DNA of 64,000 nucleotides from Patescibacteria group bacterium (GTDB taxonomy: Bacteria > Patescibacteriota > Minisyncoccia > Phycocordibacterales > JACOZG01): NCBI GenBank assembly GCA_034658935.1, contig JAYEGE010000001.1:46295-110294 (forward strand). The letters run 5' to 3'. Below are positions 56,819 to 64,000 of this stretch, one piece after another. The notes below the pieces were generated by a model. The model had not been told where the DNA came from, ran no database searches, and saw only the letters and a program-made list of their open reading frames with translations. The translations under genes were made by a program, and so were the position numbers. How positions within the stretch are numbered: the first letter of the stretch is position 1; the number at the start of each line of letters is the position of its first letter.

Positions 56819-59074
56819 TTATTTGGCGTAAGTTGTTGCTTCGTCGAATTTTATGGAGAGGAGTTTGGAAGCGCTGTCGGCGCCCATGGTCACACCATAG
56901 AGCACACCGGCGCGGGACATAGTCTCGCGGTTGTGAGTGATAAGAATAAGTTGGGAATGCTTGGCTAAGCTCTCAACCATATCGCCATACTTACGTGAAT
57001 TAGCTTCGTCGAGAGCGGCGTCAGTCTCATCGAGAATAAGGAAAGGGGGTGGATTAACCTGGCTCATGGCGAAGAGGAGGGCGATAGAGGTAAGGGCCCG
57101 CTCCCCACCCGAGAGCATCTCTAGGCCTCGAATCTTCTTGCGCGGCAAGCTCACACTTATCTCAATCCCCTCGGCTGCCTCATCATCGCCACCATCACCG
57201 ACGGCAGGCAGACCATCCCCGTCCTCACCCAACTCCTCAGCTATGAGCTCCCCCTTGCTCTTAAGTTTAAGCAGGGCCAATTTAGCCGACCCACCACCGA
57301 ACATTAGAGCGAAGAATTTTTGGAACTTATCGTTGATCTGATTAATGCCGGCTTTAAAATCGGTGTCAATCTTTTTCTGTAAATCTTTGACTACCTGCCC
57401 CAAAGAAGTTGCACCTTGTTCCAGGTCAGCTAATTCTTTGGCTAAGAACTCATCGCGCTCAGTAGTTTCTTGATATTCCTTTAAAGTATCGTCACTCTCC
57501 ACTCCCGTATCTTCTAATTTGATCTTAAGCCGCTCTAATTGACGACGACGTTCCTCTTGCTTGGCGCGAGGCTCTGACTCGGAGACATCCGACGTGGGGA
57601 AATGTTGGTAGCGCCTAATCTCTTGATCGACGAGCCCCACCGCTTCATCCAACTCACGTTTAAAGTTTTCTTCTTCCAATTCAAATTGACGCCAATCGGC
57701 CTTGGCAATATTCAATTTACTTTGCCACTCACTGACCTCGGCCTTAAGTAATAGTCTTTCCTTATCAGCTGATTGCGCCGCCATACTCAAGGCAACTAGA
57801 GCGGCAGCCGCCTCTTCCCGCTCCGCCTTAGCCGCGAGCTCCTCCTCTTGAGCTCTAGCCAGGGATTCATCGGCGGCCTGTTTTTCTTGCTTCAATTTCT
57901 CCAATTCTCCTTGGTGGGCCTCCCCCGCCCCATTACTATCACCACGATGGAGAAACTCATCCACTAAACCGCGAATTTTATTCAAAATGTTTTTCAGGGC
58001 GCCAAGATCTGTTTCCTGCTCAGCCGCCCCCAACTCAACCACCAACCGATTACCAAAATCATCAACCTCCTGGTAGCTAAAGTCCTGTTCTGTCTTATTA
58101 TTAACTTCATCAAGCGCCGATTGCCTAACCTCAATTAAACCCTCCAGGCGACCCAAGTGGCGCCCCAATTCTTCCTGTTGGCGCCTGGCTTGATCGATTC
58201 TACCCTCAGCGGCCTGTTGACGCGCCTGAAGCGGAGCGGCGTCCTGCTCGGTAACACTACCAGTGCTAGCTAAGCCCGCCAGGCGTTCATCAATTTCTTG
58301 AACCTTTGCTTCCGGCTCAGTCTTGGCTTGAGTTAATTCCTCTCGCCGCCGCGCCAGATAAGTTTCTTCCCGCTGAAGGTACTCGATAGCCAAAGTCTTA
58401 AGCTCTCGCCGCAGACGATCGGCCTCGGCGATTTTATCAACCTGCTTTTTCAAATAACGTAAGTGTGGAGCAATTTCTCGACGAAGAGACTCAACCTGCT
58501 TCATATTTTCCTCCGTCTTCTGAAGTTTTTTCTCACTCTCTTCTATTTTCCATTGGTAAAGCCGCAAACCCAAGGCATCCTCGATCATCCCACGACGCTC
58601 TTTGGCGTTAGCCAACAGCACTCGATCGGCGTCACCTTGATTAACAATATAATGGTCAGAAGAACCCAAAGAGACAACCGCCAGAAGTTCTACAATATCA
58701 CGATGACGGACTTGAGAACCGTTGATAGTATAAATATTGACGCCGTCGCGATGGACTTCCCGGCCAATACTAACTTCATCATAATCAAGATCGAATTTGC
58801 GATCTTGATTATCAAAAACCAAAACAACAGTTGCTCGATTAGTCCGCGGCGAATGAGTAGAGCCATTCCAAATCAAGTCTTCACCCCGGCCAGAACGTAG
58901 CGACTTCATCGAACGTTCTCCCAAGACCCAACGGAAGGCCTCGGCACAATTGGATTTACCTGAACCGTTAGGTCCAACAATCGATGTCACCGGCGAATGA
59001 AAAACAAAAGCAGTCTTCTTGGCGAAAGACTTAAAACCACTTAATTCCAGACTCTTCAATCGCATGCCTACCAA
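56819..59074 (-). CDS. smc: SMC-family chromosome segregation ATPase (short form, 751 aa)
   Basis: N-terminal Walker A FHSPVTSIVGPNGSGKSNCAEAF, C-terminal signature LSGGERALTSIALLFAMS and Walker B FLILDETDAALD, with a long central coiled coil. Confidence 0.7.
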   Translation of the reverse strand: MVGMRLKSLELSGFKSFAKKTAFVFHSPVTSIVGPNGSGKSNCAEAFRWVLGERSMKSLRSGRGEDLIWNGSTHSPRTNRATVVLVFDNQDRKFDLDYDEVSIGREVHRDGVNIYTINGSQVRHRDIVELLAVVSLGSSDHYIVNQGDADRVLLANAKERRGMIEDALGLRLYQWKIEESEKKLQKTEENMKQVESLRREIAPHLRYLKKQVDKIAEADRLRRELKTLAIEYLQREETYLARRREELTQAKTEPEAKVQEIDERLAGLASTGSVTEQDAAPLQARQQAAEGRIDQARRQQEELGRHLGRLEGLIEVRQSALDEVNNKTEQDFSYQEVDDFGNRLVVELGAAEQETDLGALKNILNKIRGLVDEFLHRGDSNGAGEAHQGELEKLKQEKQAADESLARAQEEELAAKAEREEAAAALVALSMAAQSADKERLLLKAEVSEWQSKLNIAKADWRQFELEEENFKRELDEAVGLVDQEIRRYQHFPTSDVSESEPRAKQEERRRQLERLKIKLEDTGVESDDTLKEYQETTERDEFLAKELADLEQGATSLGQVVKDLQKKIDTDFKAGINQINDKFQKFFALMFGGGSAKLALLKLKSKGELIAEELGEDGDGLPAVGDGGDDEAAEGIEISVSLPRKKIRGLEMLSGGERALTSIALLFAMSQVNPPPFLILDETDAALDEANSRKYGDMVESLAKHSQLILITHNRETMSRAGVLYGVTMGADSASKLLSIKFDEATTYAK

Positions 59075-59763
59075 TTATATTTAGCTAGAGCTGATTTGGC
59101 CGCCTCCTGCTCCGCCCGCTGTTTAGAAGGGCCGCTACCAGACGCTGCCAATTCTTCACCCAGATACAAACCAACCGTAAAGATCTTATCGTGGTCTGGC
59201 CCCTCTTCCGACGTCACCTCATAATGAGGAGTAATACTCATTTTGGCCTGAGCCTTTTCTTGGAAGAGGCTCTTGGCATCCTGCCAATCTTGGCTAGCCA
59301 CCAAGTCATCAGTCTGCGCCAATAAATGAGCAGTGATAAATTGGTCGGCGGCGACGTAGCCTTGATCTAAAAAGAGAGCGCCAAGTAAAGACTCAAAGGT
59401 ATCGGCTAAAATCGCCGAGCGCGCCCGACCAGTATCTTTAGCCTCCCCTTTAGAGAGCAGGAGATAATCATTCAAATTAAGCTCGGTTGCCGCCCGAGAA
59501 AGACTGTCGGTATTAACCAAGGCCGAGCGATAGGCCGTTAGATCCCCCTCTGTGGCCTGAGGATAGTGTCTGTATAGGAAATTCGTCACCACGAGTTCCA
59601 AGACGGCGTCGCCCAAGAACTCTAGCCGCTCGTTATGAGCACTAGCTATTTGCGGGTTCTCATTAATAAAAGAGCGATGAGTAAAAGCTTGCTGCAATAG
59701 GCCAGGCTCTTTAAATTGCCAACCAAAACGAGCAGTTAGTTTCGAGAAATCAGGTAAGGCCAT
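59068..59763 (-). CDS. rnc: Ribonuclease III
   Basis: 231 aa. ERLEFLGDAVLELVV and C-terminal dsRBD. Confidence 0.85.
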   Translation of the reverse strand: MALPDFSKLTARFGWQFKEPGLLQQAFTHRSFINENPQIASAHNERLEFLGDAVLELVVTNFLYRHYPQATEGDLTAYRSALVNTDSLSRAATELNLNDYLLLSKGEAKDTGRARSAILADTFESLLGALFLDQGYVAADQFITAHLLAQTDDLVASQDWQDAKSLFQEKAQAKMSITPHYEVTSEEGPDHDKIFTVGLYLGEELAASGSGPSKQRAEQEAAKSALAKYNW

Positions 59764-59765
59764 AA

Positions 59766-60677
59766 TTAGGTTGCTCGGTGTCGGGACAATAATTTAACTG
59801 CCTTAGTGATAAAGGGCACGACGTCATCATACATCCGCAGGTCACCAACTTCAGCTAAGGTGAACCAACGAGCATCATCTAGGCCACCACTTGGTTTTAA
59901 CTTAAGTTGTTTTTTGCTCTTGGCTTGGGCCAAGAAATAATTAACCTGCTTGCGGAGCTTCCCTTTCTCGGGGTCAGAGGAGATATACTCGTTCTGTCCC
60001 AAATCATCCGCCACCTTAACATCCAAGGACATCTCCTCCTTGACCTCCCTAGTTGTACCAGTCTGGAGATCTTCGCCCTCCTCTAAGTGCCCCTTAGAGA
60101 GAGTCCAATAACCAAAAATGTCGTGAACCAACGCCAAAGAAACTTCGGCTTCTTCCAAAATATAGACCACCGCCCCGCCCAATTTCTCAATGGGCATTTG
60201 GTCGTAAGGCACATCTTTAGGGCGCTTCTTCTTGGCTGGAACTTCATCTTTACCAGGCTCGCCCATCTCCTTATAAATAGCACCGAGTACACCGTTAACA
60301 AACTTGCCGCTATTTTCACCCCCAAAGGTCTTCGCCAGCTCAATCGCCTCATTGATCGCCACTCGTGCCGGCACTTCGCTCTTATCGGCAAATAAAAGCT
60401 CATAGAGCCCGAGTCGAAGAACATTGCGATCAACTACTGCAATCTGATCAATGGGCCACTCAGGAGCGGCTTTAGTGATTATTAAATCTAATTTCTCGTT
60501 CTGCTTGATTACCGCCTCAACCAAATTATATATAAAAGTAGAGTCCTCAATACCGGGAGCAAATTCTTCAATATTACGGCCGACGAACTTGCGCCAACGC
60601 GAGCTGTCATAGCCGTTGAAATCCCACTCGAAGAGGGATTGCAGGGATACGCTTCTGGATAAGTGCCGATTGGCCAT
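59766..60677 (-). CDS. nusB: NusB antitermination factor fused to a C-terminal NUDIX hydrolase domain
   Basis: 303 aa. NusB region: IDQIAVVDRNVLRLGLYELLF...VPARVAINEAIELAKTFGGENSGKFVNGVLG. NUDIX box: GHLEEGEDLQTGTTREVKEEMSL. Confidence 0.75.
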   Translation of the reverse strand: MANRHLSRSVSLQSLFEWDFNGYDSSRWRKFVGRNIEEFAPGIEDSTFIYNLVEAVIKQNEKLDLIITKAAPEWPIDQIAVVDRNVLRLGLYELLFADKSEVPARVAINEAIELAKTFGGENSGKFVNGVLGAIYKEMGEPGKDEVPAKKKRPKDVPYDQMPIEKLGGAVVYILEEAEVSLALVHDIFGYWTLSKGHLEEGEDLQTGTTREVKEEMSLDVKVADDLGQNEYISSDPEKGKLRKQVNYFLAQAKSKKQLKLKPSGGLDDARWFTLAEVGDLRMYDDVVPFITKAVKLLSRHRAT

Positions 60678-60726
60678 CTATAAAATTAAATGATCAGTGA
60701 TAACAAGACCTACCGCCCCGGAACAA

Positions 60727-60954
60727 TTACTTCTTAGCCATTGCTTTGTCTTTAGTCTTCGCTTGCTTTTTAGCCAGACGCGAGAGGACATCTATAACCT
60801 CTCGCTCACGATAAGTGCCACAGCTCAAGCAGGCCCGATGACGCAAAGTAGCCACCCCACATTTGGGGCATTTAGTAAAAGAGGTGCCCTTCAGGGCATG
60901 ATGAGAACGCCGATTGCCGGTATGTCCTCGAGTATGTCGCATTCTGACTACCAT
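60727..60954 (-). CDS. rpmF: 50S ribosomal protein L32
   Basis: 75 aa. [21 protein letters not shown] and zinc ribbon CPKCG...CLSCG. Confidence 0.75.
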   Translation of the reverse strand: MVVRMRHTRGHTGNRRSHHALKGTSFTKCPKCGVATLRHRACLSCGTYREREVIDVLSRLAKKQAKTKDKAMAKK

Positions 60955-60986
60955 GGCCCAAGTATAGCAACTTAAACATCCAGTGT

Positions 60987-61682
60987 CTAGAGTAAATTAG
61001 GACCAGTGATCGAGCCGCAAAATGACCGCCGATGTAGTGGCGAGAGACCATATTTGGCCAATTGTCTATAGTGAATCTTGGTGCCATAGCCCTTATGTTG
61101 ATCAAAGCCGTATCGTGGGTAGGCCAGAGCCTGTCGACACATATAACGATCCCGTCTAACCTTGGCGATAATAGAAGCTAGGGCAACGATTGGCCGGCTA
61201 TCATCTCCGCGAATAATAGTCTCCTGATTGGCATAGGTACTTGGAGCATAAAGGGAACCGTCAAGCAAGATTCGACTCTCAATCGCAGATGGGGGCAAGC
61301 GCCAGAGACAACGCCCAACGCCCATGCGCAGAGCCCTAACAATCCCATAGCGATCTATTAATTGTGGGCCGACCAAGGCCGAGATGTGAAATATCCGGCC
61401 AGCCTTTTTCTCGCTCCGAAGCCAACGCCACCAAGCCTCTCGCTGCCTAGCCGTAAGCTTCTTCGAGTCCCGCAATGGTAGGCCTGGCCCAAATTTGGAC
61501 ACGAATTTGGACACGCAGAATTTGGACACGCAGTGTCCAAATGGGCTTCCTGGTTTTGGACACTGCGTGTCCAAATTTAAATCCGTGCTCAAGCGAATCG
61601 CCACTGCTCCCACCGCCACTGGCCCAGCAATCGGCCCCCGGCCAGCCTCGTCTATCCCCACTAGATACTTGATTTTCGGCAT
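60987..61682 (-). CDS. rnhB: Ribonuclease HII carrying an in-frame repeat-element insertion
   Basis: 231 aa. [33 protein letters not shown], and C-terminal [21 protein letters not shown]. About 35 extra residues ([38 protein letters not shown]) are encoded by the repeat 61491-61577. Confidence 0.8.
   Translation of the reverse strand: MPKIKYLVGIDEAGRGPIAGPVAVGAVAIRLSTDLNLDTQCPKPGSPFGHCVSKFCVSKFVSKFGPGLPLRDSKKLTARQREAWWRWLRSEKKAGRIFHISALVGPQLIDRYGIVRALRMGVGRCLWRLPPSAIESRILLDGSLYAPSTYANQETIIRGDDSRPIVALASIIAKVRRDRYMCRQALAYPRYGFDQHKGYGTKIHYRQLAKYGLSPLHRRSFCGSITGPNLL
61491..61577. repeat. Double-hairpin repeat, family B-related (ttggacac-gca-gtgtccaa ... ttggacac-tgc-gtgtccaa) with 3 tandem aatttggacacg partial copies, inside rnhB
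   Basis: Read directly. The two 19-nt hairpins are reverse complements of each other, separated by 15 nt. Confidence 0.75.
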
Positions 61683-61753
61683 AAATTTATTCTAACAAAA
61701 ATGCCCCGCGATCGATAAACGCGAGGCATAGGCGACAAACCAACCACAAAGCC

Positions 61754-61984
61754 CTAGAAGTCATCACGAGCAGAGGCACCATGATACTCATCGACAAGAG
61801 GCATCTTGACGGCACTGCCGCCGGTAGCCCTCATGTCTAGGCAGGCATGATCCTTCATCCCGAAATTACGCCGACCACCCACCCGACATTGCACGCAAAA
61901 CCCAGTCTTCGATCTGGTATCACGCCCACAACCAATACAACACATCAATTCCCCACAAGGATTCGACTGGCCCTGACTCGACAT
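61754..61984 (-). CDS. Hypothetical Cys-rich small protein (76 aa)
   Basis: CGELMCCIGCGRDTRSKTGFCVQCRVGG suggests a metal-binding ribbon, but there is no recognisable family and a plus-strand ORF overlaps it. Confidence 0.25.
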   Translation of the reverse strand: MSSQGQSNPCGELMCCIGCGRDTRSKTGFCVQCRVGGRRNFGMKDHACLDMRATGGSAVKMPLVDEYHGASARDDF

Positions 61985-62097
61985 TGGAAAGGCCTCCTAA
62001 GTGACCCCACTTACAGACTTATTTCCTTATAAGTCCCACTGCCTTAAATATACCAAGCCGCGTGAGTAATGTCAAAGTCACTCCACCCCGGACCTTT

Positions 62098-62106
62098 TGC
62101 TATAAT
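62098..62106 (+). promoter_or_regulatory. Extended -10 element TGCTATAAT 6 nt upstream of the dnaE start codon
   Basis: Read directly. No SD. Third occurrence of this 9-mer. Confidence 0.35.
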
Positions 62107-62112
62107 CATCTC

Positions 62113-64000
62113 ATGGCTTTCGTCCACCTCCACACCCACTCCCATTATTCACTCCTCGACGGCTTATCTAAAATACCCGCCCTCGTCAAGAAGGCTAAGA
62201 GTTCGGGGCAAACAGCCATTGCCTTAACCGACCACGGCAATCTCTACGGAGCAATCAGTTTTTACCAAGAATGCCAAAAAGCTGAGATCAAACCGATTAT
62301 CGGCGTAGAAGCTTACATCGCCAACCGCACCCGTTTCGATAAAGAACCAAACCTCGACAATAAACGTTACCATCTCTCGCTCTTGGCCGAGAACATGACC
62401 GGTTATCGCAACCTAATTAAGTTGGTCACCGCTTCTTACCTCGAGGGCTATTATTACAAACCGCGTATGGACAAAAATCTCCTCCGCCAATTTAGCGAAG
62501 GGGTTATTTGCTTGTCTGGCTGTATGGGTTCTGAACTCTCACGCGCATTGTGGAACAAAGACGGCCCATTGGCCGAGCAAATAGTCCTAGAGCATCAAGA
62601 GATCTTCGGCGTCGGCAATTATTATCTCGAGCTCATGCATCACCCCAAGCTCGAGCGCCAAACGGAATTGCGGGAAGAAACCGTCAAGCTGGCTCGCAAA
62701 CTGAATATCCCCCTAGTCGCTACTCAAGACTCCCATTACCTAGATCTCGACGACGCCGAGGCTCAGGCCATGCTCCGAGCAGTCCAAAGTGGTAATTTCG
62801 AAGACATTAAGCGCTTCAGTAATGAGGAGGAGGATTTCTCTCTCATTAGCGAGAAGAAAATGCGGGAGCACTTCGCCGACACCCCTGAAGCAGTAGACAA
62901 TACTGCCTTGATCGCCGACCGTTGCAAGCTCAACATTACTTTAGGTAAATTTATTTTCCCTCGCTTCCCCATTCCCGCCGGTGAGACAGATGACTCGCAA
63001 TTAGAAAAACTCTCCATGGCAGGGTTGAAGGAGCGAGGCCTAGGCGAAAGCGAGGCGGCCCTAGAGCGCCTCCGGCATGAGTTAGGAGTGATCAAGATGA
63101 AGGGATACGCTTCTTATTTCTTAGTAGTGGAAGATCTTATCCGCTATGCCCGCGATCATGGTATCTACTACAATATTCGTGGTTCAGTTGCTGGCTCAAT
63201 GACCACCTATGCCCTGAACGTGACCAGTGTGGACCCCCTAGAATACCGCATCCCCTTCGAGCGCTTCTTAAATCCCGACCGCCCTTCAGCCCCCGATATT
63301 GATATGGACTTTGCCGATAGTCGTCGGGATGAGATTATCACCTATGCTCGAGAAAAATATGGCGAGGACAAAGTCGCTCAAATTGGAACTTTCGGCTCAA
63401 TGATGGCCCGCGGCTCTGTGCGAGACGTTGCTCGAGCCTTGGGTTACCCTTACGATGTTGGTGATAAAATCTCCCGCCTAATCCCTATTGGCTCACAGGG
63501 TTTCCTCATGACCATAGACAAGGCGCTCGAGACCACGCCAGAACTTAAAGAAGAATACGACACGGACGCCGACACTAAACGGATTATCGATTTATCGAAA
63601 AAGATTGAGGGCAATTCTCGACATATCTCAGTCCACGCCGCCGGCGTGGTAATCTCCCCTGGCCCACTAACAGACTATGTCCCCCTCCAATATGACCCCA
63701 AGGGCGGCAAAATTATCACCCAATACGACATGTATTCCGTTGGTGAAGATGGCGTCGGTCTGACAAAATTTGACTTCCTCGGCCTCCGCAACCTCACCAT
63801 CCTCGCCAGCGCTGTTGAGTTAATAAAACAAATCCACGACATCGAAATTGACCTGGAACGTATCCCTCTTGACGACAAAAAAACCTTCGAGATGCTAACT
63901 CGAGGAGAAACCATAGGCCTCTTCCAACTCAACGGTTCTGGCATGACCAAGTGGCTCAAGGAACTTAGGCCAACTGGCATCGACGATATCAACGCCATGG
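62113..64000 (+). CDS. dnaE: DNA polymerase III alpha subunit, N-terminal part (PHP domain onward; continues beyond window end)
   Basis: MAFVHLHTHSHYSLLDGLSKIPALVKKAKSSGQTAIALTDHGNLYGAISFYQ..., a canonical PHP domain start. The open frame runs to the window edge. Confidence 0.9.
   Translation, partial: MAFVHLHTHSHYSLLDGLSKIPALVKKAKSSGQTAIALTDHGNLYGAISFYQECQKAEIKPIIGVEAYIANRTRFDKEPNLDNKRYHLSLLAENMTGYRNLIKLVTASYLEGYYYKPRMDKNLLRQFSEGVICLSGCMGSELSRALWNKDGPLAEQIVLEHQEIFGVGNYYLELMHHPKLERQTELREETVKLARKLNIPLVATQDSHYLDLDDAEAQAMLRAVQSGNFEDIKRFSNEEEDFSLISEKKMREHFADTPEAVDNTALIADRCKLNITLGKFIFPRFPIPAGETDDSQLEKLSMAGLKERGLGESEAALERLRHELGVIKMKGYASYFLVVEDLIRYARDHGIYYNIRGSVAGSMTTYALNVTSVDPLEYRIPFERFLNPDRPSAPDIDMDFADSRRDEIITYAREKYGEDKVAQIGTFGSMMARGSVRDVARALGYPYDVGDKISRLIPIGSQGFLMTIDKALETTPELKEEYDTDADTKRIIDLSKKIEGNSRHISVHAAGVVISPGPLTDYVPLQYDPKGGKIITQYDMYSVGEDGVGLTKFDFLGLRNLTILASAVELIKQIHDIEIDLERIPLDDKKTFEMLTRGETIGLFQLNGSGMTKWLKELRPTGIDDINAM

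Noticed and set aside
61491-61577. Direct repeats aatttggacacg x3 as a possible mini CRISPR array
   Set aside because: There are only three partial 12-nt units with irregular spacing, they are part of a palindromic element, and they lie inside the rnhB reading frame. No CRISPR array signature is present anywhere in the window.
61358-61672. ORFs 61358..61540 (-) and 61475..61672 (+) within rnhB
   Set aside because: Alternative-frame readings of the repeat-rich segment. The rnhB frame carries the conserved RNase HII motifs on both sides of the insertion.

Overview
Dense, gene-rich window with nearly every gene on the minus strand, many overlapping or translationally coupled genes, and standard stop codon usage (TAA, TAG and TGA all terminate genes). 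The gene content is consistent, by inference only, with a small streamlined bacterial genome of the CPR/Patescibacteria type: split transketolase, DUF134/DUF5320 pair, giant NHL-repeat surface protein, short UvrA/UvrC/SMC. Recognisable housekeeping genes are ddl (partial), a response regulator/histidine kinase pair, uvrC-uvrA-uvrB, tgt, an alpha-glucan cluster (GH15-GH57-GT4), an AI-2E transporter, tRNA-Gln and tRNA-Ser, dnaX, dus, an amidase, capA, a membrane-anchored Clp-like AAA+ ATPase, ftsQ-like, serS, a pentose-phosphate block (rpe, tktA, tktB, rpiB, gap), htpX, DUF2207-lemA, groES-groEL, secG, a peptide-type ABC binding protein, RNase J, an APC-type permease, smc, rnc, a NusB-NUDIX fusion, rpmF, rnhB and the 5' part of dnaE. 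The main unexplained structure is three families of palindromic hairpin repeats. (i) A 21-nt REP-like hairpin in three copies around and inside a HuH Y1 transposase (RAYT-like) gene. (ii) A double-hairpin element with GGACAC/GTGTCC stems at three loci, one translated in-frame inside rnhB. (iii) A roughly 100-nt MITE-like hairpin with compensatory stem changes, one copy in-frame inside dus and one intergenic copy downstream of a consensus sigma70-like promoter, which makes it a candidate sRNA. Other notable items: a GC-rich island carrying a secretin-family gene whose textbook signal peptide is cut off from the mature part by an in-frame TAG; a 37-aa glycine-rich ORF with a perfect SD and a terminator inside a 640-bp non-coding stretch; a bacterial SET-domain protein; and a recurrent TGCTATAAT extended -10 motif within about 10 nt of start codons. 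No CRISPR array or rRNA was seen.
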